Assembly (NCBI GenBank): GCA_050329555.1
Contig: JBHJOQ010000061.1
Location: forward strand, 1-59,817
DNA: 59,817 bases
Reading direction: 5' to 3'
Origin: Acidimicrobiia bacterium
GTDB taxonomy: Bacteria > Actinomycetota > Acidimicrobiia > Spongiisociales > ZC4RG35
Shown here: positions 1-9,063 of the stretch, piece by piece
Numbering within the stretch: the stretch's first letter is position 1
Layout of the letters: every line of letters begins with the position of its first letter
The notes under the pieces: generated by a model
Told to the model about the DNA's origin: nothing
Databases searched by the model: none
What the model saw: only the letters and a program-made list of their open reading frames with translations
Position numbers and translations under genes: made by a program

Positions 1-27
1 CGTAACCATGCTAAGAAGACCATCGGT

Positions 28-60
28 AAGCCGTGTGCGGGCAAACCGCACGCACGGATT
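28..60 (+). mobile_element. Group II intron domain V-like hairpin (3' end of an intron truncated by the window edge?)
   Basis: The 33-nt sequence AAGCCGUGUGCGGGCAAACCGCACGCACGGAUU folds into a two-part helix. It has an AGC triad at the 5' base (29-31), a 2-nt AC bulge on the 3' strand (50-51) and a GCAA(A) GNRA-like loop. Length and layout match my memory of the domain V consensus (GAGCCGUAUGCGAUGAAAGUCGCACGUACGGUUC). A second long GC hairpin (72..106) follows where domain VI would lie. There is no covariance-model check. Confidence 0.4.
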
Positions 61-115
61 GAAAGGAGAACGGGGAAACGTGCCCGCACCGCGGGAAGCG
101 CGCCCCTGACTACCA

Positions 116-1309
116 ATGCCAGACGGCTCTGACGACCTCCAAACCTTGATCGGCCCCGATCGACGGCGATTGAAGCTGCCCGGCTGGCAAGCAATTGCGG
201 TAATTTTGATGATCCTCTTCGTCGGGGTCGGCCTGGTGGTGCTGGTGCCTAAGCAGGCTCCCGACGTCGATCTCACCGCCCTAGGTTTTGCCGACGAGGC
301 GGTCCCGGCAACGGTTGAATCCGTCGCCAATGAGCCGTGCAGTTACTCGGCTGACCTCGTGTGTTATCAGGTGGCTTTCGACCTGGGGGATGGTGGTGGG
401 CCGATAGTTCAGGAATTCTCCGAAGGCGAGGGCCAGCCCGTCTTCGACGTCGGGGACGCAGTGTTCGTCAACGTCACCGAGTTTGATGACGGGTCGGTCT
501 CCTATCAATACGCCGATCGCGACAGACGTGCCCTGGTCGCCGGGGTTGTGTTGCTCTTTGCCCTTGCGGTTGTCGCCCTGGCGCGCACTCGCGGGCTGTT
601 GGCGCTCTTCGGGCTAACCGCCAGTGTCATCGTGCTCTTGCTTTTCATCGTTCCGGCGATCGTCGCCGGCCGCGACGCGGTGTTGGTTGCCCTTGTCGGC
701 GGCGGCGCCATCGCATTGATCTCTCTCTATGTGACCCATGGCCCGAACCCGCTGACACACGTGGCAGCCATTGGAGCGTTCGGAGCATTGGGGATAACTG
801 TGGCTCTCTCCTGGATCGTGCTGTTGCTGGCCCGCTTCTCCGGTTTCGCCGGCGAAGAGTCTTTCTACCTGACGGCCGTGCCGGGGATCGACCTCAGCGG
901 CCTGCTCCTCGCCGGAATCGTCCTGGGGACAATCGGCGCTCTCGACGATGTAACCGTCACTCAGGCGTCAACGGTGTGGGAAGTGCGGTCCGCCAATGAG
1001 CGACTCGGATCTGCGGAATTGTTTGCAGCCGGCCTCAGGGTGGGACGGGACCACATTGCCTCAACGGTGAACACATTGCTCCTTGCGTATGCCGGGGCAG
1101 CGATGCCGTTGCTCATCCTGTTCAGCCTGTCCGGGATGAGACAGGGCTTCGTGGTGAGCTCGGAGGTAGTCGCCGTGGAGATCGTCCGCACCCTCGTCGG
1201 ATCGATCGGCCTGGTGGCAGCCGTTCCACTGACGACCTTCCTCGCGGCGAGGACGGCCATATCGCACCCGGGCCGAGGCCGGGTCAGCGAAGCAGGAATC
1301 CCAGGCTGA
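116..1309 (+). CDS. YibE/F family integral membrane protein
   Basis: 397-aa polytopic membrane ORF. It has an N-terminal TM segment plus an extracytoplasmic domain, then multiple TM helices. The motifs GALDDVTVTQASTVWEV and NTLLLAYAGAAMPLLIL are typical of YibE/F proteins. Confidence 0.6.
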   Translation: MPDGSDDLQTLIGPDRRRLKLPGWQAIAVILMILFVGVGLVVLVPKQAPDVDLTALGFADEAVPATVESVANEPCSYSADLVCYQVAFDLGDGGGPIVQEFSEGEGQPVFDVGDAVFVNVTEFDDGSVSYQYADRDRRALVAGVVLLFALAVVALARTRGLLALFGLTASVIVLLLFIVPAIVAGRDAVLVALVGGGAIALISLYVTHGPNPLTHVAAIGAFGALGITVALSWIVLLLARFSGFAGEESFYLTAVPGIDLSGLLLAGIVLGTIGALDDVTVTQASTVWEVRSANERLGSAELFAAGLRVGRDHIASTVNTLLLAYAGAAMPLLILFSLSGMRQGFVVSSEVVAVEIVRTLVGSIGLVAAVPLTTFLAARTAISHPGRGRVSEAGIPG

Positions 1310-2327
1310 GACTGTCTGCGGGGTCGAACCAGAACTCGGACCTGCCGGTGATGTATGCGGCGCCCTCTATTTCGGGGATCACCGCTTCGATTTCTCCGAT
1401 TCGAGTCAGTTCCGCCAGGGTGCCGGCGAACTCGCTGCCGACGATGCTCTCCACCACCAAGCGGTCTCCGGGCTGCATGTTTCCCCGGGCGGATTCGATG
1501 GCGACATGGCCGGAGACACCGGTGCCCGTGGGTGAGCGGTCGACCTCGCCATCTGCGAAAATGCACACATTTCTCCGATGGTGGGCAGGATCGACGGCAG
1601 GCCCCGTGAAGATCACTCCGTAGAGGAATCCAAGTTCCGCGTGGACAGGGTGGGCAATCGGCCGGCTCGCCACCACCGCTTTCTTGATACGCCGGCCGAG
1701 CTCGACCAATGATCCGCTGTCGTCCGGAGGCCAGCTGATTCCCAATGTCGGGGCATCGACATACGCGTAGAAGGCGCCGCCGAAAGCCAGGTCGTACTTC
1801 ACTTCACCGATTCCGCTGACCTCGACGGTTTCGTCGAGGCGGTCGACGTACGACGCGACGTTGCGGAACCGGACTCGTTGCACCATCCCATCCGCACCGT
1901 GCTCGGCCACGCTGGTCACCTGCCCGGCCGGGGTGTCGATTTTCAAGGTCGACTTCGGGACTGAGCCGCTGACCATACCGGTGTCGAGGGCAACCTTGGT
2001 GATAGCGATGATGCCGTGGCCGCACATCGTCGAAAACCCTTCGTTGTGGGTGAACAGTATGGAGAAGTCGGAGTCGGGCTCCACCGCTTCGCCAATCCAG
2101 CCCCCGTACATATCGCGGTGCCCGCGCGGCTCCCACATCAGGCCCTTTCGCAGGTGGTCTAGGTACTCCGACGCGAACCAGCGACGGTTGAGAACCGTGC
2201 TTCCCGGTATCTCCGGCAATCCGTCGGTAACCACCCGAAACGGTTCCCCAGCTGCGTGTGAGTCGATCACTTTCAAGGACAACCATCCCGGCGGGGCCCG
2301 CCAGGTGTTGGCCGCGGTCGTATCCAT
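1284..2327 (-). CDS. Proline racemase-family enzyme; Cys/Thr active-site pair suggests trans-3-hydroxy-L-proline dehydratase type
   Basis: Family motifs IDSHAAGEP, STMCGHG (first catalytic Cys) and DRSPTGTG (second catalytic position is Thr, codon ACG at 1527..1529). I chose the ATG at 2327 (MDTTAANTW) because the longer 2375 start would overlap the divergent Nif3 gene. Confidence 0.75.
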   Translation of the reverse strand: MDTTAANTWRAPPGWLSLKVIDSHAAGEPFRVVTDGLPEIPGSTVLNRRWFASEYLDHLRKGLMWEPRGHRDMYGGWIGEAVEPDSDFSILFTHNEGFSTMCGHGIIAITKVALDTGMVSGSVPKSTLKIDTPAGQVTSVAEHGADGMVQRVRFRNVASYVDRLDETVEVSGIGEVKYDLAFGGAFYAYVDAPTLGISWPPDDSGSLVELGRRIKKAVVASRPIAHPVHAELGFLYGVIFTGPAVDPAHHRRNVCIFADGEVDRSPTGTGVSGHVAIESARGNMQPGDRLVVESIVGSEFAGTLAELTRIGEIEAVIPEIEGAAYITGRSEFWFDPADSLSLGFLLR

Positions 2328-2368
2328 GGTGTGAGCGTATCCCCTTCTTCTTGGGTTACCCTGCCCCG

Positions 2369-3142
2369 GTGCCAACAGTCAACGAAATTGCGGAACACCT
2401 TGCCGAGAGGACCCGCCCGGAGACCGCCGCTTCCTGGGATCCCGTGGGTTTGCAGCTCGGGGACCGGAAGCACCGGGTGGATCGCCTGGGTGTTTGCCAT
2501 GAGGTCACCGAACAGGTGGTGGCGGCTGTGGAGGCAGACCCGGTCGACCTACTCATCACTTATCACCCGCTTCTCTTTGTGCCGATCAACCGAATTGTTG
2601 ACGGCCGGTCTCCGGCTGCCCGGGTGCTGCGTCTCATTCAGCTCGGGGCTGCGCTTCTAGTCACCCACACCGACTTCGACGCTGCCCCTGGCGGCACTGC
2701 CGAAGCGCTGGCCGCAGTCTTCAAACTCCGTGATATCGAGCCGTTTGGTGCCGACGAGGAACAGCGATTGCCACCAATTGGCCGGGTGGGCACCTTCGAG
2801 GCGAAGCTCGGCGTCCTCGATGCGATGGCCACCGATGCTTTCGGAATTGCCGGGCTGCGGGTCTCCGGAGACCGGGAGAAGTTGTTGGAGAGGGTGGCGG
2901 TGGTTCCCGGCTCTGGTTCGGACCTCATCGAGCAAGCGTCACGTGTGGCGGATGGTCTCGTCACCGGCGATGTCTCCCACCACCGAACGGTCCAGGCCCT
3001 CGACCTGGGCCTGGCGGTGGTCGATCCGGGTCATGTGGCGACCGAACGCCCCGGCATGCCGGGCCTGGTCGCCCTTGCCTCGACCGTTCCCGATGTCGAA
3101 GTCGTCGACTTCACCGAGGTCGACCCCGAGACCTGGGGTTGA
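2369..3142 (+). CDS. Nif3-like dinuclear metal-centre protein (GTP cyclohydrolase I type 2 homologue)
   Basis: N-terminus VNEIAEHLAE...WDPVGLQLGD, plus LITYHPLLF, THTDFDA, and GDVSHH near the C-terminus. Start set to the GTG at 2369. The upstream part of the track ORF overlaps the divergent gene. Confidence 0.8.
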   Translation: MPTVNEIAEHLAERTRPETAASWDPVGLQLGDRKHRVDRLGVCHEVTEQVVAAVEADPVDLLITYHPLLFVPINRIVDGRSPAARVLRLIQLGAALLVTHTDFDAAPGGTAEALAAVFKLRDIEPFGADEEQRLPPIGRVGTFEAKLGVLDAMATDAFGIAGLRVSGDREKLLERVAVVPGSGSDLIEQASRVADGLVTGDVSHHRTVQALDLGLAVVDPGHVATERPGMPGLVALASTVPDVEVVDFTEVDPETWG

Positions 3143-3218
3143 CCGGACTCGCACCCTCGTTCCGGTCCGGGCGCCGACCGGCGGACAGACCTCGTCGGGC
3201 CACTACTCTCCCTTGGGC

Positions 3219-3926
3219 ATGGAACTGACCAGCCTCGCCGACCTCCTCGATGTCCAGGACCTGGACTCACAGATCGACCGCCTGCTCGAGGAACGTCAGA
3301 GTCTCCCGGACCTCGCTGCCTACAAGAACGCTCATGATGAGCTCGAGGTGCTGGGGAAGGAGATCTCCGAGGCAAGCGTGACTCTGCGCACACTCGAGCT
3401 CGACTTCGACAAATCGGAGGGTGAGCTGGAAATCCTCGAATCGAAGCTGAAGGAGCACGAGACGAGGCTCTTCGCCGGAAGCATGAGCGCCCGGGAGACC
3501 GAGCACATGCGTCTCGAGGTGGAGAGTCTGCGAGGCCAGCGTGAGGCGATGGAGAGCCGGGTCTTGAAGCTCCTCGACAATGTCGACCCGGTCCGGGAGG
3601 AAGTCGGCTCCCTGCAGGCCAGGCACGACACACTGGTCGCGGAGAAGGCCAGGCTCGAAGCATCGATCAAGGAGGATTGGAAACGCATCGATGCCGAGAT
3701 CGCCCGCAAGGAAGAGCGCAAGGTCGAGGCGATCAAGCCGGTAGCGCCTGATCTCCTCGAGATGTACGAGACCCTGCGCGCCGCCAAAGAGGGTGTGGCC
3801 GTCGGGCGGTTCGAGAACGGCGTGTGCGGTGGCTGCAACATGGCGCTTTCGCCAGCGGAGCGAGACGAGGCCCTCAGCGCCGATATCCCTCGCTGTGTCC
3901 ACTGCCGGCGTATCCTCGTTGCGTAG
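3219..3926 (+). CDS. Coiled-coil / C4 zinc-ribbon protein (COG1579 family), conserved partner of Nif3
   Basis: MELTSLADLLDVQDLDSQIDRL..., a long coiled-coil, and C-terminal CGGCNM...RCVHCRRIL. Only the last 235 codons of track ORF 2730..3926 are used; the N-terminal extension overlaps Nif3 in another frame. Confidence 0.75.
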   Translation: MELTSLADLLDVQDLDSQIDRLLEERQSLPDLAAYKNAHDELEVLGKEISEASVTLRTLELDFDKSEGELEILESKLKEHETRLFAGSMSARETEHMRLEVESLRGQREAMESRVLKLLDNVDPVREEVGSLQARHDTLVAEKARLEASIKEDWKRIDAEIARKEERKVEAIKPVAPDLLEMYETLRAAKEGVAVGRFENGVCGGCNMALSPAERDEALSADIPRCVHCRRILVA

Positions 3927-3947
3927 AGCGGCCGGCGCGTCCTGCAT

Positions 3948-4478
3948 ATGCTGATCTGGCGTCTCGGGGCAACCCTCTGGCTGTTTCGTTGGATTTTTCG
4001 AGATCCGAAAGTCGACGTCCGATTCCTTTTCCTCGGGGTGTTGATCCCCGACTTGATCGACCTGCCGATCGGCACCTTGCTCCTCGCCGATCGCTACTCG
4101 ACGAGCCAGCTCTGGGCGCACTCGCTCACCGTCGCAAGTGTTTACATGGTGTTCGTGCTGTTGTTGACGAGGCGTGGCAGGCGGAGAAGAGCGTTCATGG
4201 CGGTTGGAGTTGCCTGGCTGTTCCACCTGTTGCTCGACGGGATGTGGGCAGACCCGGAGGTCTTCTTCTGGCCCTTCTTCGGTTTCGAGTTCGCCGCCGG
4301 GCCATCCCCGTTCTGGCCTCTTGCCTGGGAGCGTGCGCTTGCCGACCCGTGGCGGTGGACCCTCGAGGGCGTCGGAATCCTCTATCTGGTGTGGATGTGG
4401 TTCGCGGTGGGTCTCAACCTGCCCGAACGCCGCAATAATCTGTTGAAGACCGGCAGGATCCCCGAACATGTGGTCTAA
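3948..4478 (+). CDS. Small polytopic membrane protein, possibly YdjM/DUF457-like membrane-bound metal-dependent hydrolase
   Basis: 176 aa, 4-5 TM segments, with IPDLIDLPIG, WAHSL and HLLLDG motifs. Weak family assignment. Confidence 0.4.
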   Translation: MLIWRLGATLWLFRWIFRDPKVDVRFLFLGVLIPDLIDLPIGTLLLADRYSTSQLWAHSLTVASVYMVFVLLLTRRGRRRRAFMAVGVAWLFHLLLDGMWADPEVFFWPFFGFEFAAGPSPFWPLAWERALADPWRWTLEGVGILYLVWMWFAVGLNLPERRNNLLKTGRIPEHVV

Positions 4479-5130
4479 GCAACTTGTTGTAGTCGCCGTT
4501 CTCGCAGCTTCAGTTGTTGCCTGCTCGGGCAACGGAGATGCAGAGAACCAAACCGGCGCCGGCGCCGAGACAGCCGAACAAGCCGTCGAAGACCTCTTTT
4601 CGATGCTGGCCGCCGGAGAGTTCGGCTCGGCGTCTGCACTCGCCGTGCCCGAGCAGTCGGCGCTAGCCGCGCTAGCCGAGGGCGCCTCGGTCGAAGACGT
4701 CGCTTCGGGCCTTCGCGACGGCGACGCCGGCATCGCCTCGAACTTCTGGTCTGGCTTTGCCCAAAGCGTCGATTCGCTGCTCAGTGAAGGCGTCGAGGTG
4801 GTCGGGGCATCGGCGACTACCGCCCAGGATGTGGAGTTCACCATCGTCGAGATCGTCACCGGATCGGGCGACATCCACCACATCGCCACCCGGGAGGTAG
4901 ATGGCCATCGGGTCGACCTGTTCGCCACGTTCGGACCTTCACTCGCCAGTCGGCTCTATCCACAGATCGAGCTTCTCTTCGACCAGCCGTCAGAGGACGC
5001 AGCCTTCATTCTGGTCCGAATGAGGGAACAGGTGCCGTCGTTCTATGTGGCGGCGGAGACCCCGAACCTCGCCCCGAATGTCGTTCAGGACCTGCTGCAA
5101 CTCATCGAGTTGATCACCAGACTGTCCTGA
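4468..5130 (+). CDS. Hypothetical secreted lipoprotein
   Basis: Signal peptide with lipobox (LAASVVAC-SGNG). Acidic Ala-rich mature part. Overlaps the upstream gene by 11 nt. Confidence 0.5.
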   Translation: MWSKQLVVVAVLAASVVACSGNGDAENQTGAGAETAEQAVEDLFSMLAAGEFGSASALAVPEQSALAALAEGASVEDVASGLRDGDAGIASNFWSGFAQSVDSLLSEGVEVVGASATTAQDVEFTIVEIVTGSGDIHHIATREVDGHRVDLFATFGPSLASRLYPQIELLFDQPSEDAAFILVRMREQVPSFYVAAETPNLAPNVVQDLLQLIELITRLS

Positions 5131-5136
5131 GCACCG

Positions 5137-6105
5137 CTACCCGCGCAGGGCTGGGAGGACCTCGCTGCCGATCAGCCGTATCAATTCCGGTTGATCGAGA
5201 GACGCCATCTGAAAGGTGACGATGTCGGCTCCGAGCTCGGCCACCAGCGGTTTGTAAGCATCGATGATCTCGGCGGGGCTGTTGACCTGCGTGTAGCGGC
5301 CGAGCACCTCGTCGCGCGGAAGTTCGTCGGCGCGCTCACGCAACGTGGCCGGGTCGACGGCCTCGAGCCTGCCCGGGGCGCGCAACCCCCTCCATGAGTA
5401 GAGCGCCTGCCATGCCTCTTCGTCGTTTGCGGCGAACAGCGACCATCGCGTCGCCAGCACGATCGGGTCTGCGCTGGCCGCAGCCAGCAATGGCTCGATC
5501 ACTTTCTCCCGGGTTTCAGCCGGATCTTTCACCGAGGTCACCACGCCCTGGGCCATTTCTCCGGCCAATTCTGCCGACTTCGGCCCGCCGGCGGCGAGAA
5601 GGATCGGGACCGGCCCGGTGGGAGGGGAGTAGAGCTTGGCCCGGTCTGTCTGGTAATACTCGCCGTCGAACGTGAGCTTCTCACCGTCGAGGAGCCGGCG
5701 CATGATCTCGAGTGCCTCCCGCATTCGTGAGTTGCGTTCCGCGTAGGCGGGGAATTCATAGCCGAGAGGGCCCTCGTTGATATTCTCCCCCGTCCCCACC
5801 CCGAGTGTGAACCGGCCGCCCGACAAGCGGTCGAGGGTGGCAGCAGCCTGCGCGACGACCGCGGGGTGGTAGCGGAAAAGGGGAGTGGTCACGCCGGTGG
5901 CGAACTCGATGGACGATGTGGCAGCCGCCATCGCCCCGATAGTGGAGAAGGCGAATCCAGAAGCGGACTGGTCATCGACCCAGGGATGAAAGTGCTCGGA
6001 GACCACGACCATGTCGAAACCGGCTGCCTCGGCGAGGCGGGCGTGCTCGACCAACACCTCGGGTTGCCACTGTTCATGTCCACAGAAGTATGCGAATCTC
6101 GTCAT
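5137..6105 (-). CDS. LLM-class (luciferase-like) flavin/F420-dependent oxidoreductase
   Basis: 322 aa with FDMVVVSEHFHPW, GRFTLGVGTGE and the overall TIM-barrel LLM pattern. Confidence 0.8.
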   Translation of the reverse strand: MTRFAYFCGHEQWQPEVLVEHARLAEAAGFDMVVVSEHFHPWVDDQSASGFAFSTIGAMAAATSSIEFATGVTTPLFRYHPAVVAQAAATLDRLSGGRFTLGVGTGENINEGPLGYEFPAYAERNSRMREALEIMRRLLDGEKLTFDGEYYQTDRAKLYSPPTGPVPILLAAGGPKSAELAGEMAQGVVTSVKDPAETREKVIEPLLAAASADPIVLATRWSLFAANDEEAWQALYSWRGLRAPGRLEAVDPATLRERADELPRDEVLGRYTQVNSPAEIIDAYKPLVAELGADIVTFQMASLDQPELIRLIGSEVLPALRG

Positions 6106-6114
6106 CGGACAACC

Positions 6115-7788
6115 CTACTGGTAGCTGACGAAAACCGGGACTGGCACCTTGCCCATAGTGTGCTCCGGGCTCGGGGTCGGGGTGTCCTCGTCGAAGAAGT
6201 TCTTCCAGCCCCACCGCCAGTGGTCGTTCTCGGTCCCTGCGGTGAGCACGGCCCAGGTCTCGTCTTTGGTGGCGATCGGGCCCTGTCCGTCCATCTGCAG
6301 CACCATCTGCAGTTCGGGACGCTCCTTGAGCGTTGCGCGGTTTTCGATCATGAACTCGCGGAACTGGTGGACGATGATCATCTTCTGAGGCAGTCCGTTG
6401 TCCCGGACCAGGTCGGCCAGCCAGTCGACCACCAGGTTCACCTCGGAAGCGTCGACCCTACCGATTTGCTCCAGGTGGATCTCGTCGGGTTTCAACCGCC
6501 ACTCCGGGTCGAGGGCGAGTCCGACATGTGGATGGAGCAGTATCTCCTCGTATTCTTGTGCCTGGGTGAGAAAGTCGTCGCGACCGGGTTGGAGATCGAG
6601 GATCACATAGGCGCCTTGCTCTTCGGCGATGTCGACCCAATCGGTGAACGTCGAAATTGGCCATTCGTAGCTGTAGTCACCGTCGGTGATGGCAGCGGCT
6701 GCCACCGTGGCCATCATCTCGAGGGTGGGGATGGCCTGGAACCCGTCTGCCTCGTACTCAGCGACGAGAGGGGCCATGCGATCGAGGGTCTCCTGCGGGC
6801 CCTGCTCCCCGAGGACGCCGAGTGCCGATGTTTCCGGATGCCCGTAGAAGGCGACGTAGCGCTTCGGTTGCTCGTCGCCGAGGATCGAGTATCCGCCGCC
6901 GGGTAGCTGTCTGCCGTTGAGGAGAACTGCCAGCTCCCAGTCACCGCTCTCGGGCGCAGCCCCGACAAATCGCAGCGAGTCTGCGGTCCGACCACCAAGC
7001 GCAGTCCCGACCTCGGGGTATCCGAGGATGTCTCCGGGGTCGATGCCCATCACGCGGGCACCCACGGACTGGCCGGTAGCAGCAGCCAGCAGCGTCCCCA
7101 CCGGATCGGAAGCGGAGACCAACCAGATCGTCGGGGCCTCGGTCGGTACCGCCAGTCCGGCAACGATACCCGCCGCGTCGAACGTCGGTGCGGGTGCTCC
7201 AGTGGTGTCGCCGGGTGAGGTCTGGGGGATCACGACCCTGGTGCGATCTGAGATGGCGTTCACCGTCTCGACGATGGTCGAGGAGTCGGGATTTGCCGGA
7301 AGCCGGAGCTCTTCGACAGCGCCGAGGGCTGTCCTCGCCGCATCCACCGCCTCGCTCATACCGAGATGTGACACCTCTGCACCCGGCGGCAGCATCACTT
7401 CGACATCGCCCAGTATGTAGACGTGTACGGGCTTGAGGCGACCGATCTCGGCAGCAAGCTGCGGATGGGGGAACAGGAGCGGCCCTTCGAGTGCGGCAGC
7501 GAGTTGGGCTCCGGCGGCGACCTGGTTGATGTCAGACTCGCCCACGACCACAACACTGTCAGCGCAGACGAAGATCTCGCCGGATAGAAAAAGTGCGTCA
7601 GTCGCTGCTGCGCCGGTGGAGACGGTTGCGGTGGAGGTCGTCGGGCGGACGCATTGGCGAGGGCCAGGCTCGGTCGAAGTCGGTGCCGGGGATGTGGCAG
7701 TGTCATCGCTCGGAATGGTTGTCGTGTCCGCCGGCGAGCATGCCGCCATGGCCAAGGAAAGCGCTAGGAGGCGCGCGAGGTTTCTCAT
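6115..7788 (-). CDS. Secreted lipoprotein with cell-wall-binding-repeat-like N-terminal modules and a conserved C-terminal domain of unknown function
   Basis: Lipobox LSLAMAAC-SPAD and a Thr/Pro-rich linker. Repeated modules (VVVVGESD...AAGAQLAAALEGPLLF) resemble CWB2 repeats. The C-terminal 300 aa (YVILDLQPGRDDF...ALDPEW) look like a TIM-barrel hydrolase-like domain. Confidence 0.55.
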   Translation of the reverse strand: MRNLARLLALSLAMAACSPADTTTIPSDDTATSPAPTSTEPGPRQCVRPTTSTATVSTGAAATDALFLSGEIFVCADSVVVVGESDINQVAAGAQLAAALEGPLLFPHPQLAAEIGRLKPVHVYILGDVEVMLPPGAEVSHLGMSEAVDAARTALGAVEELRLPANPDSSTIVETVNAISDRTRVVIPQTSPGDTTGAPAPTFDAAGIVAGLAVPTEAPTIWLVSASDPVGTLLAAATGQSVGARVMGIDPGDILGYPEVGTALGGRTADSLRFVGAAPESGDWELAVLLNGRQLPGGGYSILGDEQPKRYVAFYGHPETSALGVLGEQGPQETLDRMAPLVAEYEADGFQAIPTLEMMATVAAAAITDGDYSYEWPISTFTDWVDIAEEQGAYVILDLQPGRDDFLTQAQEYEEILLHPHVGLALDPEWRLKPDEIHLEQIGRVDASEVNLVVDWLADLVRDNGLPQKMIIVHQFREFMIENRATLKERPELQMVLQMDGQGPIATKDETWAVLTAGTENDHWRWGWKNFFDEDTPTPSPEHTMGKVPVPVFVSYQ

Positions 7789-7837
7789 CGAGTTCAGAAC
7801 AGGGCAAGGATAATCGGGCAGCTCCCGATCTCCCGGT

Positions 7838-8521
7838 TTAGAACAGGGTGTCGGGTGCGGCGGGAGCGGTGAGGTCCGGGCCGTTGTTCTTGACGGAGTT
7901 CACCCGTTTCGAGACCTCATGCTCCATGATCTCGTCAGGGTCGACGGTCCGGACCAGGTCGAGTGCCGTCTCCGGGTCGGTCATCTTCCGATCCAGCCAG
8001 GCGTCCCAGACATCGGGTACCAGGGATACCGGCATCCGATGATGAATGTCACGCATCGAACCATCTGCCTCGGTGGTGAGGATGGAACATGTCCTTTCCC
8101 ACTCCTGAGTGTCCTCGTTCATTCGCGACGCCCAGATCCCGGCGAAGACCATCGGGTGGCCGTCGGCGCGGTAGATCCAGTGCGGCGACCGCCCGTGCTC
8201 CGGCGGTTCCCATTCGTAGAATCCGTCGGCGGGGATCAGGCAGCGTTTGCGGGCGAACGAATCGCGGAACATCGACGTGGTGGCAACTGTCTCCACTCTG
8301 GCGTTGATCTGGATCGACTTCCTGTCTTTGGCCCAGTGGGGGACCAGACCCCATTTCATCGATCCCAGCGAGCGTTTGCCGTCGTTCTCGGCAACGACGT
8401 AGACGCGATCGGTTGGCGCCACATTCCAGCTTGGCTCCAACGGGTCGGTCCGGATGTCGTCGACGCCGAAATACTCGGCGTAGAAGTCGAGTTCACCAGT
8501 TATCGAGAAACGTCCGCACAT
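7838..8521 (-). CDS. SOS response-associated peptidase (SRAP/YedK family, abasic-site processing)
   Basis: Begins MCGRF (catalytic Cys2). Also WNVAPT, GLVPHWAK, RCLIPADGFYEW and FAGIW motifs. Confidence 0.85.
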   Translation of the reverse strand: MCGRFSITGELDFYAEYFGVDDIRTDPLEPSWNVAPTDRVYVVAENDGKRSLGSMKWGLVPHWAKDRKSIQINARVETVATTSMFRDSFARKRCLIPADGFYEWEPPEHGRSPHWIYRADGHPMVFAGIWASRMNEDTQEWERTCSILTTEADGSMRDIHHRMPVSLVPDVWDAWLDRKMTDPETALDLVRTVDPDEIMEHEVSKRVNSVKNNGPDLTAPAAPDTLF

Positions 8522-8525
8522 GACG

Positions 8526-8945
8526 TCAGACGGGTTGGTTCCGCAGGTGAAGGGCGGTTTCGTTGAGGCGTTCGGTGAGGAAAGTCGCCAACTGCCCGGG
8601 TAGCTTGCGCCGGGCCATGGCCTCGACCATGCACCTCATCCATTCGGCTGCTTCCTCGTCGCCGATCGAAAACGGGAAATGGCGCATCCGGAGTCTGGGA
8701 TGGCCGCGTTTTTCCTGATAGAGCTGGGGCCCGCCCAGCCACCCGCTCATGAACTCATACAGCTTCAACCGCGAGCCGGTGGTGTTGTGCGGCAGCATCG
8801 CCCGGAGGGAGGGTGACTCTTCTTCGATGATGTCGTAGAACTCTTCGACAAGGAGTCGGACCTCTTCGAGGCCTCCGATCTCGACAAATGGCGTGTCGGC
8901 GTCACCCCAGGGGTGGGTTGTCTCGGATGCTGAAATCGGGTCCAT
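8526..8945 (-). CDS. glbO: Group II truncated haemoglobin (trHbO)
   Basis: 139 aa with FYDII..., LYEFMSGWLGGPQLY, GHPRLRMRHFPFSIG and WMRCM, the classical trHbO pattern. Confidence 0.8.
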   Translation of the reverse strand: MDPISASETTHPWGDADTPFVEIGGLEEVRLLVEEFYDIIEEESPSLRAMLPHNTTGSRLKLYEFMSGWLGGPQLYQEKRGHPRLRMRHFPFSIGDEEAAEWMRCMVEAMARRKLPGQLATFLTERLNETALHLRNQPV

Positions 8946-9063
8946 TGCCCACGATTATCCCCTGTCCGCAGGCTTTCACGAAAGCTTGGGCAGTGTCCAC
9001 CACTAACTTGACTGGAAATGAGAGCCACGGCTTGTCTCCGCGCTACCTGATCGGAGGTGCTCC

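Noticed and set aside
61-115. Domain VI and the exact 3' splice site of the putative group II intron
   Set aside because: I could fold a long hairpin (72..106). I could not place a convincing bulged branch-point adenosine 7-8 nt from a plausible AY 3' end, so no intron boundary is asserted.
3267-4928. 553-aa minus-strand ORF spanning three plus-strand genes
   Set aside because: It lies antisense to the well-supported COG1579, membrane and lipoprotein genes. Its Ser/Thr/Ala/Pro/Arg-rich low-complexity translation is typical of spurious long ORFs in high-GC DNA.
5866-6906. 346-aa plus-strand ORF
   Set aside because: It is antisense to the LLM oxidoreductase and to the lipoprotein gene 6115..7788. 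It has no motifs and a Gly/Arg/Val-rich composition.
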